From the NCBI RefSeq assembly GCF_023055435.1, contig NW_025964360.1:496001-560000 (forward strand): DNA of 64,000 bases, written 5' to 3'. Numbering within the stretch: position 1 is the stretch's first letter; every line of letters starts with the position of its first letter. The notes under the pieces were generated by a model. The model saw only the letters and a program-made list of their open reading frames with translations. It was not told where the DNA came from and did not search any database. Below, piece after piece: positions 35,679-48,250 of this stretch. A program made the translations under genes and the position numbers. Source of the DNA: Haliotis rufescens (lineage: Eukaryota).

Positions 35679-37539
35679 TTATACCTTGTGATGTTGAACA
35701 TCTAATATACTTGGTAATGTGAAACCTCATTTATACCTTGTGGTGTTGAACATCTAACAAACTGGGTGATGTGAAATATAACATAATATTATAAAGACAG
35801 CAACTCATGATCACTCACTATGTTTGTAAATATATTGTTTCTCTTGATGCAGGTTAGTGTGCCTCGAACCTGTCAGTCGCTATCAGTGACCACGTCATCC
35901 GTGTCAGCACAACACGGCCCATATCCTGCACATTGGTCAATCCCGTAACATCCACAACTTTATGTGACCAGACGTCATGCGATTATACACACCTGTGCTT
36001 CGATAAGGATGTATTTACACGACATTTATGACTTAAAGTTCACAAATCTGAAATAATTGTTTTAACCACTAAGTGTCGGATATATTTGTTTTTATCTCAC
36101 CCGTCCAACGATAATTTAATGAGATCACATAAAAAACACAGATCATTATTTTCTTTTATTATCTCGTCAACAAAAACAAGGTCAAGCAGAAGTCATCTGA
36201 CTTTCAATTAAATCCATTGACGAAATATTGCCGACGTTAGTTAACACTTGCAATTCCCTAAACCACTGACGTATATAGAATGTATTTAAATGAGTATCCC
36301 ATCAGGATACCAACCCCAATTCACACGACAGATCATCTTCCTGAGGCAAGAGAGTTAACTGGCTATCACGAGTAATGTCCTTTCTATGCCTCTCCTATGG
36401 ACCAATCAGATTCAACCTCTTATATCACTTGCATTTGCTTCAAACAAAACGGTGGCGCCCAGTAAAGAAGATCTGATCGATAATCAAGATCTATATTGTG
36501 ATAAAACGAGTCATACATCGCGAGGTGCATCAAATCACATGAGCACCTTGATTAAAATGTTTGTTGACAACGAGTTAGTGTTGCACATGCTTTGCAAACT
36601 CTGCAGTCGACCGAAATCTGCATGACTCTTTACGAACCGGATTTCGATTTCGGTGCGCGATTTTGATTGGACTATGCATAGACTCGTTAGTCCAGCCAAA
36701 CTGTAACTCCATAATACCAGCCTAGTTCGGCAAGGGAGGAAACTGGACTTTTATAGTCAGTTAACTCACTTGCCTTGGGAAGATGACGACCGATAAAATA
36801 AGACATTTTGTATTCACTAAAAAATAAAATGACGAGAAAATGACGAGGCGGGTAGGTCAGCAATGTTCAACCTATATAGTACGATGCCCTGGATGGACCA
36901 AAAATACAAACAGTGGTTTATAATATGAGTAATGGTCCAGTCTCCAATACGATGACACACATGCACTGAAACCATCCTGCATCTGCAGATGTGTTTGGGT
37001 ACGTCCCAATGTCGACGTGTACTCTATAGAACCATCAGTATTTACCAAAACAGACCATACAATGTATAGCAGCCGCTCTCAGCGGGCCACAGTGGTCTAT
37101 ATCGCTGTTCAGTGTTCTATGTCTTAGCCATACCAGGATCCACATATCGTGGGTTGAAATCCATGATTCCCCAGGTGATGATCGTTGGTTTTTCACCACT
37201 ACTCCCTCAATTGGAACAAAGTCCATTTTAATATAATATCATGTAAATAATGTCATATTATATATTAGAGTCAGGACCTGCTTCTGGTATACACCGTACC
37301 CCTAGGCCTGCTTGGGGGTTTACTAAAAGCTGACATGACGTCATATGACAGAAATACTGTTCAACGCGGCGCCAAACCCAACACCCTCCCTCACTCAAAG
37401 TGTCCTTGGCGCTACAAGTCGCCTGTACATCGTTACGTCCTTCAGTTATAACAGGATCCGATTGTCAAGGATAACAATGCCAGGCCCGCCTCATAAAGAT
37501 CTGACAGAAGTATTGTATTCTATGGGTATATCTAAACAG

Positions 37540-37780
37540 GAGACCTTCGTGGTCTAATGGATAGAAATGTCTGCCCGTAAGGTGAAAGTTCGGTGGTTCG
37601 AACCCCTGGCATGGTACCAACTGATTTTTCTTGTTGCCTGTCGCTCGGCATTAATGGGATAAAAAAAGGACTGGCAGGCTCAGAGTGGTCAGTTTAATGT
37701 GTCTAAGAGGGTGCCCATGGCAAACTGTACGTTGGTATCATGGTGGGGTAGCACTATGAAACCGGCAAAAGTCCGGAAAC
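37540..37780 (+). mobile_element. SINE family C, diverged
   Basis: tRNA-like head and shared body. Confidence 0.6.
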
Positions 37781-37953
37781 ACGTAAAAGAAAAGCCGCTG
37801 TTTGCTGATATGACCTAAATTATCTTATCTGTTCCAAAATACTTTCAGCATAACGCTTGCATGGCGTACATGGTGTTTACTCATTGTGGTGGGAACAATG
37901 ACATCTGATGCTGACAAACAGGATATATGTGTTGTTTACATTCTTCTAGACGG

Positions 37954-38035
37954 TATAAATATGACTTGTGATAGTTGTCTTTCATACCACACTCAAACTC
38001 CTATTCAGCTAAACACATCACAAGACAAGGTAAGT
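37954..38035 (+). promoter_or_regulatory. TATA box, non-coding exon 1 and donor (GTAAGT at 38030) of copy 2
   Basis: Homologous to 29548-29627; acceptor at 39873-39874. Confidence 0.75.
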
Positions 38036-39547
38036 TATGACAATTATCCGCTCCAGTGGCTATTTATTTAGATGTTTTGAATCGCAGATTAGCCCCGATA
38101 ATGTTTTTTTGGTTTGTCAGCACCATAAACGAGCTCCTGGGTTTCTCCAAAGTGATAATCGTCTTAAAGCAACGTTACTTCGGGATTTCCTCCCACATCA
38201 CACTGACATGCCTTCATATATCTGGAATACTGGTCAAAGCACGTTAAACAAAACTCACTCACTCACTCACTCACTCACGTATTGGTGTGATAGTCTACAG
38301 TTGGATCCTATGATAAAACTTATAATCGCGTTAGTCGTCACCTTCTTATTGTGCCGATGAGTGAGTGAGGGAGTATGGTTTGACGCGGCTTTTAGCAATA
38401 TTCCAGCAATATCACGGCGAGGGGACACCAGAAACGGGCTTCACACATTGTACCCGGTGTCATCGTAAACTACAGCGTGGATCGTTGATCATACTGGCAA
38501 CCATTCATTGACTGGCGCTAATTCAATTATATTCAGGCCCCCGGAATAATGCTAGAATATTGCTTTGAGATCATATTCAACTATATATTTCATTTCTCGC
38601 CATTTCTAATACTTCATTTAATTTGCAACCTTGTTTTACCATGCGGTATTCACGTTCGTTTTTTAACCATGGTGAAGACCTTGACATAGAACTGGAGTGA
38701 GTGAGTGAGTGAATATGGTTTAACGGCTCCGTGAGAAATATTCCAGCATAATCACGGCGGGGACACAAGAAATGGGCTTCATACATTGTACCAATGTGGA
38801 AATTGGAACCCGTGCCTTCGGCGTGACGTTCTAACGCTTTAACCCCTAGGCTACCCGACTACCCCTGATAGAACGGCAAACCTCTTGCATCCAATATCTA
38901 CACATATATTCTTTACATGACTTCTACACCTTCAATTGTATATCTCGGTTATAACAGTGTCAGTCGACCACTGTGATGTGAAGGCACACTCTTTAACCAT
39001 AAAGGATATCTGTAATCTGAGTATTAACATTTTTAAAACATTATTATTTCATAATCTCGATGATTATATGTGGGGGATAAAAGAAGGGGATAAGTGGGTA
39101 TTCTATTGATTGATTTTAAAATATATGTTGTGCCCATTCAAATTACAGAAGCTGGCATCTATCAAAATGTGGTTCCTGTGTATACCACATTTACATGCAC
39201 TTCAAAGATTAACACCAGTTAGACATGAGTTGCATGTGCAATTCCAAAATATGTGAATGAAGTTGATAAAATATATGATTGCAGTATGTAGAGAAGGATC
39301 TACTGCAACAATGCGGTAGTGTGACGCACCAAATAGACACATGATCGACCACCAATATGGGAATAAAAGGTTGAAAAAGTTATATTTCTTAAACCAATCG
39401 GTATATACATACATATTGTTAGTGGCTGTAGGTCTTGAGTTACTTCATTCTAAATCATTATTCGTATGGACCAACATTAACTACACTTATGGTTTAAATA
39501 TTCAGCGTCATGCTGCATATGTCAAAATGTGCTTCCCTCCTATGAAG

Positions 39548-39818
39548 TGAGTTCGGTTTAACTCGGCTTTTAACATTATTCCAGTTATATCACGGCGTGT
39601 CAGCTTAATGTGGGAGGAAAGCCCGAAGTGATGCAGGTCTCAGACGTTTACCGCTTCGGTGAAACCCACGAGCACGGGTATGGTGCTGACAAACCTGGAA
39701 ACATAATCGGGGCGAACCGGGATTCGAAACCACAATCATAGGTTTCTGGCGTGCCCAAGGGACGCAACTCTGCACAGCGAATCGCGGCGCCTTAGACGAC
39801 TGGGCCACCCTTGCCCCC
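39548..39818 (-). mobile_element. SINE family D in the intron of copy 2, TSD tcctatgaag
   Basis: Direct repeat on both sides; the empty site tctcctatgaagcc is present in copy 4 (about 59232-59243). Confidence 0.9.
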
Positions 39819-39878
39819 TTCCTATGAAGCTTAATTGGTATAAAATAACTGAACGTTTGACTTTTTATTTACAGAAAC

Positions 39879-42230
39879 ATGACCCTGCTGACCCTGATTT
39901 ACCTCTCAATGATGCTCACGACCTGTTGCTTCACACAGAGCACTGTCAAGCAGATAAAGGAAAACATGAAATCCTATGCCAAGGGCTATGTTATCCAATA
40001 CTATGTGCCTTATGTTAACACACAACCTGATGAGCATAAAATGAAGCTCTTGAAACACCTAGAGGACAACCTGCTACTAATTACCAGTACGGAGGACAAG
40101 GAGATCGATGGGATGGACACACTGGTAAAGGGAAGAAGTAAAGTTTCCACAGACGTTGAAGATAATCTTGGTCCTAAAATCAGAAGTTTGTCTGCAAAGG
40201 TTGACAGTAACGATGGCTTGCTTGTCTCCAATCCACAGAATTTGATGAGGGCAGTTTCCCGAGATGTAGAGGACAGTTTGGAACATAAGATCAGGAGTCT
40301 GTCCAATAAGGTTGACAGTAACGATGGCTTGCTTGTCTCCAATCCACAGAATTTGATGAGGGCAGTTTCCCGAGATGTAGAGGACAGTTTGGAACATAAG
40401 ATCAGGAGTCTATCCAATAAGGTTGACAGTAACGATGGCTTGCTTGTCTCCAATCCACAGAATTTGATGAGAGCAGTTTCCAGAGATGTAGAGAACAGTT
40501 TGGAACACAAGATCAGGAGTCTGTCCAATAAGGTTGACAGTAACGATGGCTTGCTTGTCTCCAATCCACAGAATTTGATGAGAGCAGTTTCCCGAGATGT
40601 AGAGAACAGTTTGGAACATAAGATCAGGAGTTTGTCTGCAAAGGTTGACAGTAACGATGGCTTGCTTGTCTCCAATCCACAGAATTTGATGAGAGCAGTT
40701 TCCGGAGATGTAGAGGACAGTTTGGAACATAAGATCAGGAGGCTGTCCAATAAGGTTGACAGTAACGATGGCTTGCTTGTCTCCAATCCACAGAATTTGA
40801 TGAGAGCAGTTTCCCGAGATGTAGAGAACAGTTTGGAACATAAGATCAGGAGTTTGTCCAATAAGGTTGACAGTAACGATGGCTTGCTTGTCTCCAATCC
40901 ACAGAATTTGATGAGGGCAGTTTCCCGAGATGTAGAGGACAGTTTGGAACATAAGATCAGAAGTTTGTCTGCAAAGGTTGACAGTAACAATGGCTTGCTT
41001 GTCTCCAATCCACAGAATTTGATGAGGGCAGTTTCCCGAGATGTAGAGAACAGTCTCACAGACGTCATTGAAGCGATCATCGATCAGCTACACAAAAATA
41101 TGACTGGCGATGCCCAACTGTATAATGTTTTGAAAGAAGCATTGTTATCATGGTTTCAATACCATGCTGAACACGATAATATGCAACTTCACAACCTTGA
41201 CTTGGAGAATCTGATTAATTGGCTGACACTTGTGCACAACTCACGGAGAAACGTCAGCAAAGAAGAGGAATCCTTTTACACACACTGGAACACATCCCTG
41301 CCTATCTTGAGAGATACTTTGTTGTTCGCCGATACCGTCAAACCATTGTCAACATACGTATCCCTTTCTCTGATGGGCTTGACAGATAGCTTCATGAATC
41401 TTTACTGGCCTTTCCGTCGTGACATCAACCTAATGAACCAAAGATTAGCAGTCAAGGGTTTCAAGGGCACAGACGTGAGTGAAAGTGATGCTAAGAAAGC
41501 GTTCTTTGGCGAAATCAGAAAAATTCAGCCGATTCATCTCCCTGTGAAGAAAAATGAAATTGTACTCATCTTTGATGATGAGGACATAGCAGATTGGTTG
41601 AACGTCACAGGAGTTATGTCCCTTTCACCAGCCTACATGGCTTCTAAGAAACACATATTCACTGGGGAAGAGCAAAGGAGGATATCGACCACTGCACATG
41701 TCGCTCTCAGGATGATCAACAACACTCATCCTGAACTCTTTGACGCAATGACACAGATGATATCCTGCATTGCTTTCTACAAACAAGAACACAAGGTTAA
41801 CTTAGCTGGAGGAGTTCGCTCTGCCCTTGGTTTGTTCTGGATGGACCCGAGTGTTGGGAGAGAATGGAGCGTTCCCTTCATGGCGGAGCAAATAGTCCAC
41901 GAGTACACCCACAACGCACTCAACTATGCAGAATTTGTCCATGGAACCTACAACGATAAATCCACGTTGGGAAAGGCTGAGGTGAAATCGGCCATTCGTC
42001 TGGTTCCTCGTCCCTACGACAAATCCCTGCATGCAGCTTACGTGTCAGCGGGACTTGTAACCTTTCATTCCAGGACTGGCTATCTGGAAAGAGCTGCACA
42101 GCTGGTGGAAACTCTTCCCCAAGCCGTGCGTGATCTGGCAACTGTGGAGGCAGAGAAGCTTGTGCTGGATGGGTCCGGCAGGGCAATAGTCAAGTTCCTC
42201 ACTGACTACATGTACCTCACAAGACTCTGA
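39879..42230 (+). CDS. Secreted repeat-containing alpha-KG-HExxH-like protein, copy 2 (783 aa, 8 x 37-aa repeats)
   Basis: Near-identical to copy 1; repeats at 40146-41057; HEYTH...RLVPRPYDKSLH intact; AATAAA at 42263. Confidence 0.85.
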   Translation: MTLLTLIYLSMMLTTCCFTQSTVKQIKENMKSYAKGYVIQYYVPYVNTQPDEHKMKLLKHLEDNLLLITSTEDKEIDGMDTLVKGRSKVSTDVEDNLGPKIRSLSAKVDSNDGLLVSNPQNLMRAVSRDVEDSLEHKIRSLSNKVDSNDGLLVSNPQNLMRAVSRDVEDSLEHKIRSLSNKVDSNDGLLVSNPQNLMRAVSRDVENSLEHKIRSLSNKVDSNDGLLVSNPQNLMRAVSRDVENSLEHKIRSLSAKVDSNDGLLVSNPQNLMRAVSGDVEDSLEHKIRRLSNKVDSNDGLLVSNPQNLMRAVSRDVENSLEHKIRSLSNKVDSNDGLLVSNPQNLMRAVSRDVEDSLEHKIRSLSAKVDSNNGLLVSNPQNLMRAVSRDVENSLTDVIEAIIDQLHKNMTGDAQLYNVLKEALLSWFQYHAEHDNMQLHNLDLENLINWLTLVHNSRRNVSKEEESFYTHWNTSLPILRDTLLFADTVKPLSTYVSLSLMGLTDSFMNLYWPFRRDINLMNQRLAVKGFKGTDVSESDAKKAFFGEIRKIQPIHLPVKKNEIVLIFDDEDIADWLNVTGVMSLSPAYMASKKHIFTGEEQRRISTTAHVALRMINNTHPELFDAMTQMISCIAFYKQEHKVNLAGGVRSALGLFWMDPSVGREWSVPFMAEQIVHEYTHNALNYAEFVHGTYNDKSTLGKAEVKSAIRLVPRPYDKSLHAAYVSAGLVTFHSRTGYLERAAQLVETLPQAVRDLATVEAEKLVLDGSGRAIVKFLTDYMYLTRL

Positions 42231-42431
42231 ATGTTCCATGCTGATTTTATATAAACTTTTTCAATAAACGGTTGCCAACTATAACAGTTTTTACATTGAT
42301 GTGCTTTTTGTGCAAGACAATTCAGATGTCAGAAGGTGTTCTCACATCCACACTGAACACGAACACGTTTTACTAAATGTCTGCTGTCCACTAGATATCT
42401 TGTCAATCGATGGCGCTGACTAGATGATACT

Positions 42432-45295
42432 CTCAACGGCAGGACAACTGGAGACAAAGAGGGTAGTTTCACTTACATAGCAGATCAAGGATGTAGCGTA
42501 ATCGATTATTTTATAGGTTCAGTTAATGTTCACAATTGTTGTCAATCCATGTTTGTGGATACAAGAGTTGAGTCAAAACATATGCCTGTATGTCTACATT
42601 TGGACATATTTCTCCCTAAAGTATCTACAAGTGATGATTATCTTTCCACCAAAACACACAAATATAAATGGAACCCTCGTAAGCGTGATGTGTTTATAGG
42701 AAGTATAACAAATCTATGTCCATCCTTCAACGAGCTCATCGATCTTTTAACTTTTGATTTCAATCTTGCCCTCGAAAAATTTGTTAATGTTGTTCTTTGT
42801 GCCGCTGACTGTATGAAGGTACCTTGTGTTAAAAGTTCACCCCGAAATACGGGGTTTTATAATAGTGAATGCAGACGAGCAAAACGGGAAGCGAGGCGAT
42901 ACATGAGGAAATTCAAAGAGAAGAAATCTAACGAAAATAAGTTAATCTTTTGTAAAATGAGAAACAAGTATAAACATGTTTGCAGAACAGCAAAATCAAA
43001 CTATCAATTTATGACACGAACAAAACTAAAGCTATCTCTATCTGATTCAACCACATTTTGGAAAGAGTTACGGAGTATATCAGGTCGTAGGGAAACAAAG
43101 AATAACATAAGTAAAGAGTGCTGGTTTGATCATTTTACAAACGTTTTTCAGTGTACAGATGTATTACATGTTGAAGTCGAATGTCAATGTGATGAAGATT
43201 TTATACTTGATGAGATTGACCAGTGTATTTTGGAGTCGCCGATTACCGACTCAGAAATCCACAAGGCTATAAATCGTAAAGATAAAGAATGGCAAATCCC
43301 CTGGTGTTGATGACGTGGTCATTGAAATGTTAAAATGTTGTGAAAATGTAATAACTCCTTTCCTACGAAATTTGTTCAATAAGTTATTTGATTCTGGATT
43401 ATTCCCTCAGAACTGGACAAAAGCTATTATCCTTCCACTACATAAGAAAGGTAACAAAAATAATCCAGATAACTTTAGAGGGATATCTCTATTGTGTACA
43501 ATTAGTAAGGTTTACACAAGTGTCTTAAACTCTAGACTTACTAACTGGGCTAATATAAGAAGTAAATTACCCGAGACACAAGCAGGCTTTAGGCAGGGAT
43601 ATTCTCCTGCTGACCACATATTCACGTTGAATGCAATTGTTAACAAATGTTTATCGAACAGAAAAGGGAAATTATACGTTGCTTTTGTGGATTTTAAAAA
43701 AGCCTTTGATTCAGTAAATCATCTTAAACTATGGGAGTGTCTGCACGATGTAGGCTTGGGTGGAAAGATGATGAGAGCACTTAAGGGAATCTATGCCTCC
43801 GTAAAAGCGTGTGTGAGATGTAATGATAACATTTATACAGAATATTTTGATTGTCCTAACGGAGTTAAACAAGGCTGTATATTAAGCCCTCTATTATTTT
43901 CCTTTTTCATCAATGAACTGTCAAATGATGTTTCATCACATGGGAAACACGGCGTACAATTATTTCCTGACTTGTTTGAAATATTATTATTATTGTTTGC
44001 CGACGATGTTATTCTTGTCTCTGACACAGTAACTGGTTTACAGAACCAACTTCATATTCTTGATAACTTTGCAGATTCACATGAATTAACGGTTAATTTA
44101 GATAAAACGAGTGTTGTTGTATTTAGACGAGGAGGGCGGTTATCTGTTCATGAGAAATGGTTCTATAAAGGCAAACGTATTTCAACCGCCAACTCCTATA
44201 GATATCTTGGGTTTGTATTCTCATATACATCAAAGATGAACCAATGTGTTTCAGATCTAGCATCAAGGGGTAAACGAGCTTTAATGGAAATATTTCGCAA
44301 TCTACGGAAGATTGGTTTTGTTGACACTTCAGTTTTCTTTAAAATATTTGATACTCAGATTCAAACTATTCTTTTATATGGTGCGGAAATATGGGGTGTA
44401 GACAGATTTGAAAAAATAGAACAAGTGCATATTATGGCTTGTAAGAAGTTTCTTAACGTTGGTTTGCAAACCCCAAATGCTATTGTGTATGGGGAATGCG
44501 GTCGGTACCCACTACATGTAAATGCTATGTGTCGTTCTGTAAAGTATTGGCTAAAACTGATTGAAATGGACGAAGATAGGATACCAAGAAAATCTTATAA
44601 TATGCTTGTATATAACGACAAGTGTGGTCGTCAAAACTATGCTTCTTCTATTCGTTCCATATTATTTTCTCACGGATTCGGAGTAGTTTGGCTCAGTCAA
44701 GCTGTTGGCGACAAACCGTCATTCATGAATAGTTTTAAAAACGTTTTGATAAATATGTTCTACCAATCATAGAATAGTACTATCAAGGCTAGTTCTAGGT
44801 ACATTCTGTATAAAGAATTTAAAAGTCTCCTGGAACCAGAAAAATACCTTTCCATTATTACTGAAATAAAATATCGAAATGTTTTGATAAGGCTTAGAGC
44901 CGGGCTACTAAGACTTAAGGTAAACGAAGGTAGATGGGCTGATATTGACTTAAGTTTACGACTCTGTCCCATATGTCAAACAAGTATAGAGAATGAATAT
45001 CATTTTACTTTAGAATGTGAATATTACAACGATATTAGACATCTGTATTTACCAACAACATTTTGCAATAATCCAAATATGCATAAATTTAAAACGCTAC
45101 TGTCATCTTCGTGTAAACAATTCCTTGGAAAACTATGTAAATACCTGTATTACAGCTATGAAAGAAGACGTAATTATGAAAAGCCTGTAAACCTGTAAAT
45201 TTGTACCTGACATTACCTTTTTTCATGTACCACACTATTTCAAATGTATGTATTGTATATGGGCCAGTGGCCTTGGTACAAATAAAGACTTCTTC
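42432..45295 (+). mobile_element. 5'-truncated non-LTR retrotransposon (CR1/L2 group): end of the APE endonuclease, RT, and C-terminal Cys motif; inactivated
   Basis: Starts in frame LNGRTTGDKEGSFTY...SVIDYF. RT motifs QAGFR, FVDFKKAFDSV, GVKQGCILSPLLF, LLFADD. Frameshift near 43280 and TAG at 44770. Inserted at a TACT site that is uninterrupted downstream of copies 1, 3 and 4. Confidence 0.92.
43315..44772 (+). pseudogene. LINE ORF2 reverse transcriptase segment
   Basis: Canonical non-LTR RT motifs; bounded by a frameshift and a premature stop. Confidence 0.9.
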
Positions 45296-45664
45296 TACTT
45301 GATTCAGTATATCATATCTGTTCATTAATATCCCAGTCAATGGTACCCTAACTATTAAGCACTGGTCAGTGACATCACATTAACCCTCAAAAGTAATTGC
45401 ATACCCACAGAAGGGACAGGGGAATTATTTCATCTTACAATTCAGATCATTCAAGGGAAGAAAAACCATCCAGGTGGCTTCTTCCTCAATTTTGAGCTGG
45501 TCAGTGGTTTCACCAGACCAACCAGGTCATGTGCACAGTGCACACTTTTAATGCAGATGTCAAGAGAATCAATTGAGCACAGGTATCAGAAGCTATTAAG
45601 GATCAGAGTGAATAACACCATATCAAATCAGCCACCCTTGTCAGTTATGTCCTTATGTATAACT

Positions 45665-46660
45665 TGTGACTCCTCTAATATACCGTGTGATGTTACATTT
45701 CTTCTACACTGTGTAACGTGTAACTTCCAATATATGCTGTGATTTTACACTTCTTATAAGTATGTAACGTCAATATACCTCTTGATGTTACACTTCTTAT
45801 AAGTGCGTAATGTGTCACTTCCAAAATACCTCTTGATGTTACACTTCTTCTACACTGTGTAACGTGTCACCTCCAATATACCGTGTGATGTTACACCTCT
45901 TCTACACTGTGTAACGTGTCACCTCCGATACATCCTTTGATGTTACAACTCTTCTACACTGTGTAACGTTTCACCTCCGATATATACTGTGAGGTTACAC
46001 CTCTTCTACACTGTGTAACGTGTCACCTCCGATATATACTGTGAGGTTACACCTCTTCTACACTGTGTAACGTGTCACCTCCAGTATACCCTCTGAGGTA
46101 ACACCTCTTCTACACTGTGTAACGTGTCACCTACAATATTCCGTGTGAGGTTACACCTCTTCTGCAGTGTGTAAAGTGTCACCTCCAATATACCCTGTGA
46201 GGTTACACCTCTTCTACACTGTGTAACGTGTCACCTCCAATATACCTTGTGATGTTACACTTCTTCTACACTGTGTAACGTGACGCCTTCAAAATAACTC
46301 TGGATGTTACACTTCTTCTACACTGTGTAACGTGTCAACCCCAATATACCGTGTGAGGTTACACCTCTTTTACAGTGTGTAACTTGACACCTCCAATATT
46401 CCCTGTGATGTTACACTTCTTATGAATGTGTAACGTGACGCCTCCAATATACCCTGTGATGTCACACCTCTTCTACAGTGTGTAACGTGTCACCTCAAAC
46501 ATACTTTGTGATATTATTTTTCTTCTAAACTGTGTAAAGTGACGCCTTCAATTATACCTCTTGATGTTACACCTCTTATATACTGTATAACGTGACACAT
46601 CCAATATACTTTGTGATATTACATTTCTTATAACTGTGTAACGTGACGCCTTCAATATAC
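45665..46660. repeat. 52-bp satellite type I downstream of copy 2
   Basis: Homologous to 33495-35020. Confidence 0.9.
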
Positions 46661-47909
46661 CCTATGTTGAACATCTAATATACTGGTAATGTGAAACCTG
46701 ATATATACCTTGTGATGTTGAACATCTAATATACTGGGTAATGTGAAACCCGATTCATGCCTTATGATGTTGACCATCTTATATGCTGGGTAATGTGAAA
46801 CCTGATTTATACCTTATGATGTTGAACATCCAGTATACTGGGTAATGTGAAACCTGATTAATACCTTATGATGTTGAACATCTAAAATACTGGGTAATGT
46901 GAAACCTGATTTATACCTTGTGATGTTGAACATCCAGTATACTGGGTAATGTGGAACCTGATTAATACCTTGTGATGTTGAACATCTAATATACTGGGTA
47001 ATGTGAAACCTGATTTATACCTTGTGATGTTGAACATCTAATATCCTGGGTAATGTGAAATCTCAGTCATACCTTGTGATGTTGAATATCTAATATCCTG
47101 GGTAATGTGAAATCTGATTGATACCTTGTGATGTTGAACATCTAATATACTGGGTAATGTGAAACCTGATTTATACCTTGTGATGTTGAACATCTAACAT
47201 ACTGGGTAATGTGAAACCTGATTCATACCTTGTGATGTTGAGGATCTAATATACTGGGTAATGTGAAACCTGATTCATACCTTGTGATGTTGAACATCTA
47301 ATAATCAGGATAATGTGAAACCTGATTTATACCTTGTTATGTTGAACATCTAATATACTGGGTAATGTGAAACCTGATTTATACCTTGTGATGTTGAATA
47401 TCTAATATCCTGGGTAATGTGAAATCTCATTCATACCTTGTGATGTTGAACATCTAATATACTGGGTAATGTGAAACCTGATTTATACCTTGTGATGTTG
47501 AACATCTAATATACTGGGTGATGTGAAATCTGATTTATACCTTGTGATGTTGAACATCTAATATACTGGGTAATGTGAAATCTGATTGATACCTTGTGAT
47601 GTTGAACATCTAACATACTGGGTAATGTGAAACCTGATTTATACCTTGTGATGTTGAGGATCTAATATACTGGGTAATGTGAAACCTGATTCATACCTTG
47701 TGATGTTGAACATCTAATAATCAGGATAATGTGAAACCTGATTTATACCTTGTGATGTTGAGGATCTAATATACTGGGTAATGTGAAACCTTATTTATAC
47801 CTTGTGACGTTGAACAACTTATATACTGGACAATGTGAAACCTGATTTATACCTTATGATGTTGAACACCTGATATACTGGGAAATGTGAAACGTCATTT
47901 ATACCTTGT
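46661..47909. repeat. 52-bp satellite type II (taccttgtgatgttgaacatctaatatactgggtaatgtgaaacctgattta), about 24 units
   Basis: Only a few units exist at the equivalent position after copy 1 (35245-35780). Confidence 0.92.
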
Positions 47910-48190
47910 GAGTGAGTGAGTGAGTTGGGTTTAACTCCGCTTTTAACAGTATTCCAGGTATATCACGGCGTGTCAGCTTAATGTGGGAGGAAAGCCCGAA
48001 GTGATGCAGGTCTCAGACGTTTACCACTTCGGTGAAACCCACGAGCACGGGTATGGTGCTGACAAACCTGGAAACATAATCGGGGCGAACCGGGATTCGA
48101 AACCACAGTCATAGGTTTCTGGCGTGCCCAGGGACGCAACTCTGCACAGCGAATCGCGGCGCCTTAGACGACTGGGCCACCCTTGCCCCC
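47910..48190 (-). mobile_element. Chimeric SINE family D (recombination junction)
   Basis: The left flank ttataccttgt is the TSD of the downstream-type insertion; the right flank tcctatgaag is the TSD of the intronic insertion. Confidence 0.85.
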
Positions 48191-48250
48191 TTCCTATGAA
48201 GCTTAATTGGTATAAAATAACTGAACGTTTGACTTTTTATTTACAGAAAC

